Source of the DNA: an uncultured Clostridia bacterium
GTDB lineage: Bacteria; Bacillota; Clostridia; Christensenellales; CAG-314
Direction of reading: 5' to 3'
Assembly: GCA_947625725.1 (NCBI GenBank)
Contig: CANQPI010000001.1
Location: forward strand, 106,324 to 170,323
DNA: 64,000 bases
How positions within the stretch are numbered: the stretch's first letter is position 1; each line of letters begins with the position of its first letter. This document shows positions 1 through 11,600 of the stretch, piece by piece. The notes beneath the pieces are model-generated. The model searched no databases and was not told the DNA's origin. It saw nothing but the letters and a program-made list of their open reading frames with translations. The position numbers and the translations under genes were made by a program.

Positions 1-649
1 GGCGCGTCTGAACAAGGATCTGTCTTTGTACGTTCGCGACGTGCTCACGGCAAAGGTATGCGCCAACGCAAACGGTATATTGATGTTGCCGCAGGACGTC
101 TACAACGGACTGAAAGAAATAGCCGACGGCGTGTCGGTAGCCAAGTTGCTATATGCGATCGATCAATTCGTCAATGCGGAAACTGCGCTCAAATACGCGC
201 TTTCGCCCTTGATGTTGTTTGAGGCGACGGCTCTCAAAGTGGCGGCAAGCACGGGCGAAGTGGACTGCGAGGGGTTGGACAGACGTATCACGCGGTTGGA
301 GCAGTTGCCGCACAATCTTCGGTCGGACGCTCCGATAGTAGTGGACAAAACCGACCCGAGATCCATTTGGCGCGGCGTCAAGGTAGCCCTCGATCGTTTG
401 GACGACGCGTTGCTCTCAGGCGTGTGGAGCGACGTCAAAGTATCTTTTGACGAGGCGCGCAATTTTGTGGTAACTTGCTCGGACGGCGCGTATCTGCTTG
501 TGGAGCAAAAATACAAAAAACGTCTGCTTGCGGAGATAGGCGCATTTTGCGACAACAACGTGGTAATTCGTTGCGACGAAACCGTTTCGCAGGGAGAGGT
601 GGACAAAATACTCAATGCTTTGGGCAAAAACGTCAAAATAGACGGTTAA
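1..649 (+). CDS. dnaX: DNA polymerase III gamma/tau subunit, C-terminal part (5' end outside window)
   Basis: Open frame from window start; helical C-terminal domain; classic position upstream of ybaB-recR. Confidence 0.75.
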   Translation, partial: ARLNKDLSLYVRDVLTAKVCANANGILMLPQDVYNGLKEIADGVSVAKLLYAIDQFVNAETALKYALSPLMLFEATALKVAASTGEVDCEGLDRRITRLEQLPHNLRSDAPIVVDKTDPRSIWRGVKVALDRLDDALLSGVWSDVKVSFDEARNFVVTCSDGAYLLVEQKYKKRLLAEIGAFCDNNVVIRCDETVSQGEVDKILNALGKNVKIDG

Positions 650-662
650 TAGGAGAAATATT

Positions 663-1019
663 ATGGGAAACAAATACGGATACAACGGCGCGGGCGGAAG
701 TCACGGCGGCTATGGCGGCGGCGGAATGCAAAACTTGATGAAACAAGCGCAACAAATGCAACAAAAGTTGCAGGAAGCCCAACAGGAGTTGGAAGAACTG
801 ACCGTTGTGGGCAGCGCGTCCGGCGGTTTGGTAGAGGTGACGGCAAACGGCAAAAAGGTCATTTTGTCCGTTGTCGTCAAGCCCGAGGCTTGCGACCCCG
901 ACGACGTGGAAATGTTGGAGGATCTTATCCTCGCCGCGATCAACGACGCATATCAAAAAGCCCAGGCGGAAGAAGACCGCCTCATGGCTCCCTTCGGCGC
1001 GATGAAAGGACTGATGTGA
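663..1019 (+). CDS. ybaB: YbaB/EbfC nucleoid-associated protein
   Basis: [35 protein letters not shown] motifs; AGGAG RBS. Confidence 0.95.
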   Translation: MGNKYGYNGAGGSHGGYGGGGMQNLMKQAQQMQQKLQEAQQELEELTVVGSASGGLVEVTANGKKVILSVVVKPEACDPDDVEMLEDLILAAINDAYQKAQAEEDRLMAPFGAMKGLM

Positions 1020-1020
1020 C

Positions 1021-1611
1021 ATGCCTGCTTATATCGAGCCTATCGAAAAACTCATTCGTCAATTCGGCAAACTGCCGGGCGTAGGACCGAAAACGGCGCA
1101 ACGCTATGCGTTGACGGTGCTTTCCATGACGGAGGACGAAGCCAAGACGTTTGCGGACGCCGTCGTGGACGCCAAATCCAAGGTGCGCGTTTGCTCCGTG
1201 TGCGGAAACTATACCGACTCCGACCCCTGCCATATTTGTCGCACGCGCGACCGCTCCACGATATGCGTGGTGCAGGAAGCCAAGGACGTTTTGGCGGTGG
1301 AGCGTTTGGGAGAGTACAAGGGAGTTTACCACGTGTTGGGCGGAGTACTCAACCCGCTCAAAGGCGTCGGTCGCGAGGACATTCGCCTTGCGGAACTATT
1401 CGCTCGTCTGACGGGCGACGTCAAAGAGGTGATACTAGCCACCGATACCTCCGCAGAGGGCGAGGCTACCGCCACCTATATCGCAAGGTTTGTCAAACAG
1501 TACGGAGTCAAGGTTACGCGCCTTGCTCAGGGCATAAGTATCGGCAGCGAGTTGCAGTATGCCGACGAGGTCACGCTCTCGCGCGCTTTTTTGAACAGAA
1601 AGGAAATCTGA
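1021..1611 (+). CDS. recR: Recombination mediator RecR
   Basis: LPGVGPKTAQR HhH, C4 zinc finger, YHVLGG, Toprim EGEATA. Confidence 0.98.
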   Translation: MPAYIEPIEKLIRQFGKLPGVGPKTAQRYALTVLSMTEDEAKTFADAVVDAKSKVRVCSVCGNYTDSDPCHICRTRDRSTICVVQEAKDVLAVERLGEYKGVYHVLGGVLNPLKGVGREDIRLAELFARLTGDVKEVILATDTSAEGEATATYIARFVKQYGVKVTRLAQGISIGSELQYADEVTLSRAFLNRKEI

Positions 1612-1612
1612 C

Positions 1613-1861
1613 ATGCGCTTGGACAAATTTTTGAAAGTTTCGCGTATTTTGAAACGCAGAACCGTCGCGCAAGAGGCTTGCGACAGCGGCAGGGTGGACG
1701 TAAACGGCAGACCAGCCAAACCGGGTTGTCAACTCAAAATCGGCGACTCCGTATGCGTGCATTTTGCGGGCGGCGCGCTGACTTTTCGCGTAAAACTGCT
1801 CAAAGAGTCCGTCAAAAAGGACGAAGCGCAGGATATGTACGAAATTATCACCGAACTATGA
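1613..1861 (+). CDS. yabO: S4-domain RNA-binding protein (YabO/RqcP family)
   Basis: MRLDKFLKVSRILKRRTVA signature. Confidence 0.9.
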   Translation: MRLDKFLKVSRILKRRTVAQEACDSGRVDVNGRPAKPGCQLKIGDSVCVHFAGGALTFRVKLLKESVKKDEAQDMYEIITEL

Positions 1862-2934
1862 GGTATGCTATCATTGTTGCGGCAGGACGTTCCGACCGTT
1901 ACGGCAAAGATAAATTGCAAGAAGATTTGTTGGGCAAGTCGGTACTGCAACACAGCGTGGATATTTTCAAGAGAGTGGCGGACGTCGTGGTCGTTGTGGG
2001 TCGCAACGTTCCCGATACACTTTTTGCCGAGGGCGGCGAAACGCGTTTTCTGTCCGTCTGCAACGGTTTGAGCGTTTTGCCCTCCGACGGGACGGGCACG
2101 GTTGCCGTTCACGACGGCGCGCGCCCTTTCATAACGGAAAAGTTTGTGCGTTATCTGTACGAGCAAGCGGAACTTTTCGGTAGCGCGGTACCGCGTCTGC
2201 CGATAACGGACACCCTTTACCGAGTGGCAAACGACTCGCCTATACCTGTCGAGCGCGACGAGTTTTTTACCGTGCAGACCCCGCAGGTATTCGATTTTCA
2301 ACGGTTGCTACGCGCTTTTGAACGTTTGGACAAGCGTTTTGACGGCTATACGGACGAAAGTACGCTTTGGCGCAAATTCGACGACGTTCACTTTGCGGAG
2401 GGAGCGCGCGGCAATATCAAAATCACCTATCAAGGGGATATTCCGCAATTTCGCGTGGGAGTCGGTTTTGACGTGCATCCGTTTGTCGAGGGGGACGGAG
2501 TGCTTCTCGGCGGCGTAAAAATACCCTTTGACAAAAAACTTTTCGGTCACTCCGACGCCGACGTGCTGTGTCACGCGATCTGCGACGCAATTTTGTCCGC
2601 AAGCGACAATTCGGACATAGGAACTCAATTTCCCGACAGCGATCCCCGTTACTCGGGTATAGACAGCACGTTGCTGTTGGAACGGTGCGTGGAACTTGCC
2701 GACGGTTGCGGTTTCGAGGTCGTCAACGTTTCGGCGGTGGTAGTGTGCCAAGCCCCCAAAATATCCCCCTTTGCGGAACAGATCGAGCGCAAGTTGGCTA
2801 CTATATTGCGTATCCCGCCCGAGTGCGTCAACCTTTCCGCTACCACGACGGAACATTTGGGCGCGTTGGGCAACGGGGACGGAATTGCGGCGCAGGCAAA
2901 CGCGTTGCTACGAAAACGTCCCGCCGACCTTTGA
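1858..2934 (+). CDS. ispDF: Bifunctional IspD/IspF (MEP pathway)
   Basis: ATG 1858 overlaps yabO stop; AAGRSDR, VHDGARPF, QTPQ, NIKIT (IspD), then GFDVH, HSDADV, SATTTE (IspF). Confidence 0.93.
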   Translation: MRYAIIVAAGRSDRYGKDKLQEDLLGKSVLQHSVDIFKRVADVVVVVGRNVPDTLFAEGGETRFLSVCNGLSVLPSDGTGTVAVHDGARPFITEKFVRYLYEQAELFGSAVPRLPITDTLYRVANDSPIPVERDEFFTVQTPQVFDFQRLLRAFERLDKRFDGYTDESTLWRKFDDVHFAEGARGNIKITYQGDIPQFRVGVGFDVHPFVEGDGVLLGGVKIPFDKKLFGHSDADVLCHAICDAILSASDNSDIGTQFPDSDPRYSGIDSTLLLERCVELADGCGFEVVNVSAVVVCQAPKISPFAEQIERKLATILRIPPECVNLSATTTEHLGALGNGDGIAAQANALLRKRPADL

Positions 2935-2944
2935 TTGCCGACCG

Positions 2945-3448
2945 TTATTTGTCGGAGTATTTTTCCAACATTTTTTTGAAAGTTTCGAGGTGCAGTTGTT
3001 CGTCCAGCACAATTCGTTGGATGATGGCTGCCACTTTTTCGTTTTGCAAAACAAACAGCATTTTTTGGTAATCGGCTATCGCGCCCATTTCGCTTTGAAT
3101 GTCGTCCATCAACATTTTTGTGGGAGATGTCGCTCTGCTGATCTGCGACGTGTTGAAGTATGCGTTTGTGTTGGGACATTGCACGTAACGCGGATTTACG
3201 CCCAATTTGAGCATTGTTTCTCCCAAAATGTTTACGTGAGTCATTTCGGCTACGGCGATCGCCATCATGGTATCGGCGTCCCCTTTGTCCAACAGATCGA
3301 AGAAAAAGTGATGGTAAACATACTGCAACACGGCGGCGATCTCGCCTTTCAGCGTTGCGTAACCGAAGGAAATTATGTTTCCGCTCTTTACGTCTTTGGT
3401 CAGATCCTCCGCGGACGGATAGGGCAAATCGAGCACAAGAGGTTTCAT
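2945..3448 (-). CDS. Ferritin-like (rubrerythrin/Mn-catalase superfamily) protein
   Basis: GEIAAVLQY, AEMTH, DEQLH di-metal ExxH pattern; AAGGAG RBS. Confidence 0.8.
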   Translation of the reverse strand: MKPLVLDLPYPSAEDLTKDVKSGNIISFGYATLKGEIAAVLQYVYHHFFFDLLDKGDADTMMAIAVAEMTHVNILGETMLKLGVNPRYVQCPNTNAYFNTSQISRATSPTKMLMDDIQSEMGAIADYQKMLFVLQNEKVAAIIQRIVLDEQLHLETFKKMLEKYSDK

Positions 3449-3523
3449 GTCGTTCTCCTTTGGTCAGTGTATGTAGAGCGAGCGCGCAGTGTCATTGTTT
3501 TTTGCGATTTCATAACGTGTAAT

Positions 3524-4549
3524 ATGAAACTTTCCGTAACCGTTATCGCCCGAAACGAAGAAGAACATCTTGCGCGACTGCTGCCTCGGCTGGGTTTTGC
3601 GGACGAAGTGATACTAGTGGATACGGGCTCCGTAGACAACACGAAAACGGTGGCGCAACGCTTTGGTTGCAAGGTTTTCGATTTTACTTGGATCGACGAC
3701 TTTTCCGCCGCTCGCAACTTTGCTTTATCCAAAGCCCGCGGCGAATTCGTAATGTGGTTGGACGCCGACGACATACTGCCTCAAAACACGCAAAATCGCA
3801 TTATGGGGTGGAAAAAATCCCCGCAAACAGCCGACACGTATTTCATCAAATACCGCGTTGGGGCAACCGTTTGGTTTTGGCGGGAACGTATCCTGCGCAA
3901 CTGCGCCAAATGCAAGTTCGAGGGCTTCATTCACGAGGCGATAAAGCCCTTCGGCAAGCAGGTCTATTTGGATTGCGAGGTGTTGCACCGTCCGTCCGCA
4001 AGTCACGAACGGCGCAACCTTGCCATTTACCGCAAGCAAATGGAAAACGGCAGACGTTTCAGCCTACGCGACAACTATTACTTTGCGCGCACTCTTGCGG
4101 AAAACGGTCTTGCGGACGAGGCTTTTCCCGTTCTGCGCAAGTTCGCCTCGCAAAAACGCGCCGACATTGCGGACAGGGTGGGCGCGTACAAACTTTTGGC
4201 AGGCATGGCTCTGAACAAGGGTCTGCTTGACGACGCGCGCAAATACCTTGCCAAAGCCTCCCTGCTGTTGCCTCCTGACAGCGAGGCATGCTGTCTGTGG
4301 GGCAAAAGTTACTTTGACGAGGCAAACTACGCTTTCGCCGCGGAGTGGTACTGTCTTGCGCTTTGCGCGACGGGGGCGCACGGTTTTTCGGATAGTTACT
4401 ACCGAGAATTTTTGCCCAACGTGCAACTTTCCGTGTGTATGTGGCGGTTGGGCGATTTCCGTTCCGCGCGTCGATACCATCTTGCCGCGAGATCCGTTTG
4501 CCCCCACGATCCCGTCGTGTTGCGGAACGACGAATTTTTTATAAAATAA
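3524..4549 (+). CDS. GT2 glycosyltransferase with C-terminal TPR region
   Basis: IARNEE, VDTGSVD, WIDDFSAARN, LDADD, IHE motifs then helical repeats; real start ATG 3524. Confidence 0.88.
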   Translation: MKLSVTVIARNEEEHLARLLPRLGFADEVILVDTGSVDNTKTVAQRFGCKVFDFTWIDDFSAARNFALSKARGEFVMWLDADDILPQNTQNRIMGWKKSPQTADTYFIKYRVGATVWFWRERILRNCAKCKFEGFIHEAIKPFGKQVYLDCEVLHRPSASHERRNLAIYRKQMENGRRFSLRDNYYFARTLAENGLADEAFPVLRKFASQKRADIADRVGAYKLLAGMALNKGLLDDARKYLAKASLLLPPDSEACCLWGKSYFDEANYAFAAEWYCLALCATGAHGFSDSYYREFLPNVQLSVCMWRLGDFRSARRYHLAARSVCPHDPVVLRNDEFFIK

Positions 4550-4597
4550 TTCTAGGTCGGCATAAAAAATAGCGATAATCTCCGTATTTGTTTTTAC

Positions 4598-4626
4598 TTG
4601 ACACCTTTGGAGCAAAAAATTATAAT
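4598..4626 (+). promoter_or_regulatory. Sigma-A promoter of pgk-tpiA-gpmI
   Basis: TTGACA-17 bp-TATAAT exact consensus. Confidence 0.85.
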
Positions 4627-4688
4627 GGTATCGGACAAGGTTGGCTGTTTTGCTACCGTCTGAAAAATGCACAAAAAGGAGCAATACG

Positions 4689-6002
4689 ATGAACAAAAAA
4701 AGCATCAAAGACGTAAACGTAAAGGGCAAAAAATGTCTGGTACGCGTGGACTTTAACGTTCCTATGAAAGACGGCGTAATTACCGATGAAACCCGTATCA
4801 AAGGCGCGTTGCCCACAATCAAGTACCTGATGGAACAGGGCGCAAAGGTCATTTTGTGTTCGCACCTCGGCAAACCTCACAATATTTTCACGCAAGGCTT
4901 CAAACTCAACAAAAAGGAAAAAGCCGCTTTGGAAGCCCTCCCCGAGGAGGAGCGCGCGTTAGCCAAAGAGCAGATGATAGCCAAGGCTCTCAAAGACGAC
5001 GCCAAAAAGTTCACTCTTCGTCCCGTCGCGGACAGACTCAACGAGTTGCTGGACGGCAAAGTGACGTTCGCTACCGATATTGTGGGCGAGGACGCTCAAC
5101 GCAAAGTCGCTTCCTTGCATGACGGCGAAGTCGTGTTGTTGGAAAACACGCGCTTTGACGCGGGCGAAGAGGCTCGCGACGAAGAATTTTGCCGCAAGTT
5201 GGCGCAATTTGCCGACATCTACGTCAACGACGCTTTCGGCACGGCGCACCGTTCGCATGCCAGCACCGCGGCAATTGTGGAGTACGGTTTTGTCAAGGAC
5301 GCCGTTTGCGGATTCCTTATCGAAAAAGAACTTTCCGTAATGGCGGACGCGCTCGAACATCCCGTACATCCTTTTGTAGCCATTTTGGGCGGCGCAAAAG
5401 TCAGCGACAAACTTAACGTTATCAACAATCTGCTCGCCAAGTGCGACACTTTGATCATCGGCGGCGGAATGGCGTACACTTTCCTCAAAGCGCAAGGCTA
5501 CGAAATCGGCAAATCGCTGTTGGACGCCGAAAAACTCGATTACTGCCGCGAAATGTTGGCAAAGGCAACCGCGCAGGGCAAGCGTATAGTTTTGCCCGTG
5601 GATACGGTAACGATTCCCGACTTTCCCAACCCCATTGACGCGCCCGTCCAAACGCAAGTGGTGGAAGTTTCGCACATTCCCGCCGATCGCGAAGGCGCGG
5701 ACATCGGACCGAAGAGTCGCGAACTGTTTGCGGGCATAATCAAAAACGCCAAGACGGTCATCTGGAACGGACCTATGGGAATATTCGAAAATCCCACCCT
5801 TGCCGAGGGTACGAACGCCGTTGCGAGAGCCATGGCGGAAAGCGACGCCACAACGATAATCGGCGGCGGCGACAGCGCGGCGGCGGTAACTCAATTGGGC
5901 TATGCCGACAAAATGACGCACGTATCCACAGGCGGCGGCGCAAGTCTGGAACTGTTCGAGGGCAAAGTGTTGCCCGGTATCGCTTGCCTCAACGACAAGT
6001 AA
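4689..6002 (+). CDS. pgk: Phosphoglycerate kinase
   Basis: [31 protein letters not shown]. Confidence 0.99.
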   Translation: MNKKSIKDVNVKGKKCLVRVDFNVPMKDGVITDETRIKGALPTIKYLMEQGAKVILCSHLGKPHNIFTQGFKLNKKEKAALEALPEEERALAKEQMIAKALKDDAKKFTLRPVADRLNELLDGKVTFATDIVGEDAQRKVASLHDGEVVLLENTRFDAGEEARDEEFCRKLAQFADIYVNDAFGTAHRSHASTAAIVEYGFVKDAVCGFLIEKELSVMADALEHPVHPFVAILGGAKVSDKLNVINNLLAKCDTLIIGGGMAYTFLKAQGYEIGKSLLDAEKLDYCREMLAKATAQGKRIVLPVDTVTIPDFPNPIDAPVQTQVVEVSHIPADREGADIGPKSRELFAGIIKNAKTVIWNGPMGIFENPTLAEGTNAVARAMAESDATTIIGGGDSAAAVTQLGYADKMTHVSTGGGASLELFEGKVLPGIACLNDK

Positions 6003-6097
6003 GCCTAAACGTACCGTATGGCAAACGTTACGCGCTCAACGGTTTTGCCGCAGGCGCGTTTGCCGTTTCAACGGAATTTTGAATTTGCGAGGTCGAA

Positions 6098-6850
6098 ATG
6101 AAAAACAAAATAATAGCAGGCAATTGGAAGATGAACAAAACGCGCGCCGAGGCGGAAGCGCTCATAACGGAACTTATCCCTTTGGTGGCGGATACCCCCA
6201 ACACCGTGATAATTTGCGTTCCCTTTACCGATTTGTGCAAGGCGGTCAAATTGACGCGCGGCACCAACATCCATGTCGGGGCGCAAAACTGCCATTGGAA
6301 AGAATCCGGCGCGTTTACGGGCGAGATCGCTCCCTCCATGCTCAAAGAATTGGGCGTTGAGTACGTTGTTATCGGACACAGCGAGCGGCGCACTTACTTC
6401 GGCGAAACGGACGCCACGGTGCTTGCGCGCACCAAAGCGGCGTTGAACGCCGACCTCAAACCCATAGTGTGCATAGGCGAAACTCTTGCCGAACGTCAAA
6501 GCGGCAAGATGGAAGAAGTGCTTACCCGTCAGATCATCGAGGGCTTCGAGGACGTAACGGCGGAGGAGTTGCAACGCGTAATCGTCGCCTACGAACCCGT
6601 TTGGGCGATAGGCACGGGCGTAACCGCCACCGACGAGCAAGCCAACGACGCGATCAAATTCGTGCGCGGCATATTTGCGCGCAACTACGGACAAGACGTC
6701 GCGGACGCGCTGTACATTCAGTACGGCGGCAGCATGAACGACGGCAACGCCAAGGGACTGCTCGCCATGTCCGACGTTGACGGCGGGCTTATCGGCGGGG
6801 CAAGTCTTGTCGCGACCAAATTTGCCGCGATAGTACACGCTCACGAATAA
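6098..6850 (+). CDS. tpiA: Triosephosphate isomerase
   Basis: AGNWKMN, GHSERR, AYEPVWAIGTG. Confidence 0.99.
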   Translation: MKNKIIAGNWKMNKTRAEAEALITELIPLVADTPNTVIICVPFTDLCKAVKLTRGTNIHVGAQNCHWKESGAFTGEIAPSMLKELGVEYVVIGHSERRTYFGETDATVLARTKAALNADLKPIVCIGETLAERQSGKMEEVLTRQIIEGFEDVTAEELQRVIVAYEPVWAIGTGVTATDEQANDAIKFVRGIFARNYGQDVADALYIQYGGSMNDGNAKGLLAMSDVDGGLIGGASLVATKFAAIVHAHE

Positions 6851-6933
6851 CCGACGGAACAATATTTTTGACGGTTGACGGGTTGCCGAACAGCCGTCGA
6901 AACTGCGCCAAGCGGCGCAAAAGGACGATATTT

Positions 6934-8493
6934 ATGAACAAACATATCACTGCATTGATAATCATGGACGGCTACGGTCTGTCCAAGCAGGAAAAAGGCA
7001 ACGCGATAGGCGTAGACTGTTCCCCCTATGTCAGGTATCTTATGCATACCTATCCCACGACAACGCTCAACGCGAGCGGTTTGGCGGTGGGACTTCCCGA
7101 GGGACAAATGGGCAACAGCGAAGTCGGACATCTCAACATAGGCGCGGGCAGGATCGTATATCAGGAACTTACGCGCATAACCAAATCCATTGACGACGGC
7201 GACTTTTTCCAAAACCCCGCCTTTCTCGGCGCAATAGAATCGGCAAAGAAAAACGGCGGCAAACTCCACTTGATGGGACTGTGCAGTAACGGCGGCGTTC
7301 ACTCGCACATAACCCACTTGTTTGCGCTTATCGAGTTGGCAAAACGCCAAGGTCTGGACAACGTGTACGTGCATTGCTATATGGACGGACGTGACGTCAG
7401 CCCCACAAGCGGCGCGGGGTTTGTTCAACAATTGCAGGACAAGATGGACGAACTCGGTTTCGGAGTTATCGCAACGGTTTGCGGCAGATACTATGCAATG
7501 GACCGCGACAACCGTTGGGACCGTGTGGAAAAGGCTTACGATATGTTGCTCGGCAAGAGCGAACATACCGCGACGAATGCGGTGCAGGCGCTTCGCGACA
7601 GTTACGAGCAGGGCGTGACGGACGAGTTTGTGTTGCCCACCGTCATAGTCAACGAGGACAATTCGCCCGTTGCCGCTATCGAAAACGGCGACAGCGTAAT
7701 TTTCTTCAACTTCCGTCCCGACCGCGCTCGCGAAATGACGAGAGCGTTTACTCAAAGCGGTTTTGACGGATTCAATTTGCACGGACGTCAACGCAGCGTG
7801 CATTGGGTGTGCATGACGCAGTACGACGAAAAGTTTGTTGACGTGGATATAGCGTTCCGTCCCGAAACCTATTCCGACACGCTGGGAGAATATCTCGCCA
7901 AGTTGGGCAAGACTCAACTGCGCATTGCCGAAACGGAAAAGTACGCGCACGTAACGTTTTTCTTTAACGGCGGCGTGGAAGCCCCCAACGAAAACGAAAG
8001 CAGGATACTCGTCCCCTCGCCCAAAGTTGCCACCTACGACTTGCAACCGGAGATGTCCGCCGAGGAAGTGTGCAATCGCGCCATTGCCGAAGTGGAAAAG
8101 GATAAATACGACGTGATGATCCTCAACTACGCAAATTGCGACATGGTGGGACATACAGGCGTCATACCCGCCACGGAAAAAGCCGTTGCCACCGTAGACG
8201 AGTGCGTTCGCCGCTTGGTGGAGTGCATTTTGAGTAACGGCGGCAGAGCGTTTGTAACTGCCGACCACGGCAACGCGGAAAAAATGCTGGACGACGACGG
8301 CAAACCTTTTACCGCGCATACCACCAACAAAGTTCCGTTCATTGCGGTGGACGAGGAACTGCGCGGCAAAGCGACCCTTGTAGAGGGCAATTTGTGCGAT
8401 ATTGCGCCCACAATGCTGTACGTGATGGGCGAAAAGATCCCCGCCGAAATGACGGGCAAAGTGCTTCTGAGCGTAAAAAAGGGCGTTTTGTAA
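6934..8493 (+). CDS. gpmI: 2,3-BPG-independent phosphoglycerate mutase
   Basis: MGNSEVGH, DMVGHTG, TADHGNAE. Confidence 0.99.
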   Translation: MNKHITALIIMDGYGLSKQEKGNAIGVDCSPYVRYLMHTYPTTTLNASGLAVGLPEGQMGNSEVGHLNIGAGRIVYQELTRITKSIDDGDFFQNPAFLGAIESAKKNGGKLHLMGLCSNGGVHSHITHLFALIELAKRQGLDNVYVHCYMDGRDVSPTSGAGFVQQLQDKMDELGFGVIATVCGRYYAMDRDNRWDRVEKAYDMLLGKSEHTATNAVQALRDSYEQGVTDEFVLPTVIVNEDNSPVAAIENGDSVIFFNFRPDRAREMTRAFTQSGFDGFNLHGRQRSVHWVCMTQYDEKFVDVDIAFRPETYSDTLGEYLAKLGKTQLRIAETEKYAHVTFFFNGGVEAPNENESRILVPSPKVATYDLQPEMSAEEVCNRAIAEVEKDKYDVMILNYANCDMVGHTGVIPATEKAVATVDECVRRLVECILSNGGRAFVTADHGNAEKMLDDDGKPFTAHTTNKVPFIAVDEELRGKATLVEGNLCDIAPTMLYVMGEKIPAEMTGKVLLSVKKGVL

Positions 8494-8520
8494 TTTGCCG
8501 ATAATTTTTCGTTTGTCAAC

Positions 8521-8557
8521 AACGAGCCGTACAAATTTTTGTGCGGCTTGTTTTTTT
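8521..8557 (+). terminator. Intrinsic terminator after gpmI
   Basis: AACGAGCCGTACAAA/TTTGTGCGGCTTGTT hairpin plus T run. Confidence 0.75.
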
Positions 8558-8676
8558 GCGTTCAATTACTTTACTAATCGTACAAAAAAGTGTTAGAATA
8601 TTTTCTAATTACAATTTTATTACGCGCACGTAGTGTGCGACAAAGTTGTAAAAGGTCAGCAATAAGGAGGGAAATT

Positions 8677-11600
8677 ATGAAACAACTAAAAAAGTTGTTG
8701 CTTGCGGTACTTTGCATTGCGCTTGTACTTACGGGTACTTTGTTGGTCGTGGCAGCCTGCGGCGAACAGGGTTACAAAGTGACGACCGAATATAACAACG
8801 AGCAAGGCACGGTGACGGTCAGCGCGCCTGCCGAAGGTACGCTCTTTGACGAAAACGAGCAAGCAACCATCACCGTAGAAGCAAAATCAGGCTACGAAAT
8901 AGCAAGTTTTGCCGTGTCGGGACACGCGGACGCCGCGTTGGACGACAACGGACAATATCAATTTGACGTAACCGCCGATACCGTCGTAACGGTGACGTTC
9001 CGCGGACTGTTCGGCGTAACGGTCACGGTAAACCCCGAGGGCAAGGCAAACTACGACCTCAGCACTCCCGAAAACCTCTCTACATATCACGACGGCGAAA
9101 AGGCGACTCTCACGGTAACGACCGATCCCGACTACTCGATAGAGGACGTCAAGGTCAACGGTGCGTCGATCGACGGCGAAAACGGCGTTTACGAATTTAC
9201 CGTAACCGAGCCGACAACTGTCGCTATCGAACTCAAACAAATGCGTTTCAACGTTACGATCGGGGCTAGTCAACACGGTTCGGTAGCCGTCAGCGCACCG
9301 CAAAGCGGCAACAAGTATTCCGAAAACGAACTTGTTACCGTCACAGCCGAGCCCGACGCCGACTACGCGTTGGACAAGGTGTTTGCAAACGGAACGGAGA
9401 TCGTCAAGAACGACGAGGACGCATATACCTTTACGGTAACGGCGGATACGACCGTAACCGCCACCTTTACCAAAGTCGCGTTCGAAATACGCACCACGGT
9501 AGATCCCGACGATAGCGCGACCGTGAGATACTCTCCCGAACAGGACAGATACAGCGAGGGCGACGTCGTAACTATCAACGCCGAGGGCGACCGTTTCCAC
9601 ACGGTCAGCGAAATCACCGTCAACGGCGAGCCGCTCAAAGCGACCGACGGCGAGTACAAATTTACCGTTCACGGCGATACCGACGTTGTTGTGACCACGC
9701 AGGAGGCGGGCATAATCACTTGCCACCTCAACCGCGAAAACGGCGCAACGGTAACGTTTTCTCCCCAAGAGGAAAAGTACTCTTTGGACGCGGTGGTGAC
9801 GGTAACAATTGTCGCAAACGCTGGATACGAGATCACTTCCGTCAAACTCAACGGCGAGCCTTTGGAAAACTACGCCGAATTTACCGTAACGTTTAGCGAC
9901 TACACCGAAAACGAGATCGAGATTGAACTTATTTCTCCCGCGGACAGGATAATAGACAACATGCAGGGCGGTTTGCACGTCCATGGCGTAATATCCGATG
10001 ATGACGGCGACGACTACCTTGTTATCGACAACTACTACGACGCAACAAACAACAGACTCTTGTTGCAGGTGACGGAGTACGGAATCCCCGACTTTGTTAT
10101 CCTTGCGGAAAAAACCGACGACGGGATATATTTTGTCAGTCATGACCCCGTTACCGGCAAGACGGAGCGAGATCTCGCCGCAGAAACTTTCTCTTGGGAA
10201 TTGTTCTGGAATCCGTTTGAACGAATGCAGTACAACGACTTGATCCAAAGCGACGAGTCGTGGAGTTTCGCCACGCTGTGGGCAACCGATCTGTTGCAAA
10301 GTTTGTCTATGTTTAACGAAACGGCTACCTCGTCGTCGGTCACGATCGTGGATAACAAGATCACGTCTTTCAAAATCGTGGGTTCGATCGGCGAATACAA
10401 CTTTACGGTAGACAACTTCGGCACGGCAACCATACCCGAAGATTTCCTCACCGACTACACAACGCCTACGGAACTGCAAACCGCGTTGCAAGCGGCGGGG
10501 AACGCCACGGCTTATTCCATTGACGTGACCGACTACTACGGAAAAATTGCTTACAAAGTGATCGTTACCGAGAAAGCGATCTATGACCAATCGCTCGGCG
10601 GCGGCTACTACGAGAGAGCGGACGGCAGCGTGTGGACGTTCGCATACAGCGAGCAAGGCGGCTTTGTCAAGGGTACACAGGTGTTGGACGCTTCTGTCGG
10701 CGGTATCAAAGAACTGTTTGCGCAATTTGCGTTGCAACGCGGGGACAACACATTCTATCACCTGTTCCGCGACGTGGGCGAGGGCAACTATCAACTGCGC
10801 ACGATAGATATGTATTTCGGAGCGGACTCCACCGAGATTGCTTCGGCAATGGCAAGTTACTTTGTAACGGTGGGCACCAACTACGCCGATTACTTTGACG
10901 AAGATATGGGCTTCATTCAAGAGTGGCTCAACCTGACTATCCAGAACGGCGCGCTTGTTTCGGCGGAATTTATCGGATTGGATGCGGAATATTCTTTTGT
11001 ACCGCTCCTTTTGGAATTCGACTTTGAAAACGTCACCCTGCCTTTCACTATCGACGAGGAGGACGTCAACGGCAACATAGATCCCGACTTTGTGGGTACT
11101 TGGGTGCAGGACGGCGTCAACTTCATTGTGGATATCGACCTTGACACGGTTGTTATCAACGGCATTGCGGCGGCGCGCGTCACAGCCAACGACGACGGCG
11201 GCTACACTGTATTCTGCGGTGTGACGACGTACACTCTCACTCTGGAAAGTCAAGCGCAGTCCGTTGCGCTCAAAGTGGTAGACGACGGCGGCAACGAGCG
11301 TATGCTTCGTTTGAGAACATGCCCTTGGGAAAAGATGGTCGGCATTTACACGGGTACGGCAACGCCTGCCGAGGGCGTAACCGACAGTCTGACGTTGACC
11401 ATTACCGAGAGCGGTTTGACCATTCGGTTGAGCCGCGACGGCGAAGTGTATATCAGCGGCACATTGCCCGCAAGTTCGTTCGGCTTTGTGGACGGCGACC
11501 AAACGATAATATACTTCCCCGTTGATCAAGGCGACACGGGTATAATATACGTCTACATACTGCTCCTGTCGGATAATCAAGCGGTATTGGTGCAAGTAGA

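Noticed and set aside
1858-2934. IspD-IspF fusion as a novelty
   Set aside because: Bifunctional IspDF is well known in several bacterial groups
1678-3523. Long N-terminal extensions of IspDF and the GT2 in the ORF track
   Set aside because: Artefacts of upstream alternative starts overlapping real genes; family motifs begin at 1858 and 3524
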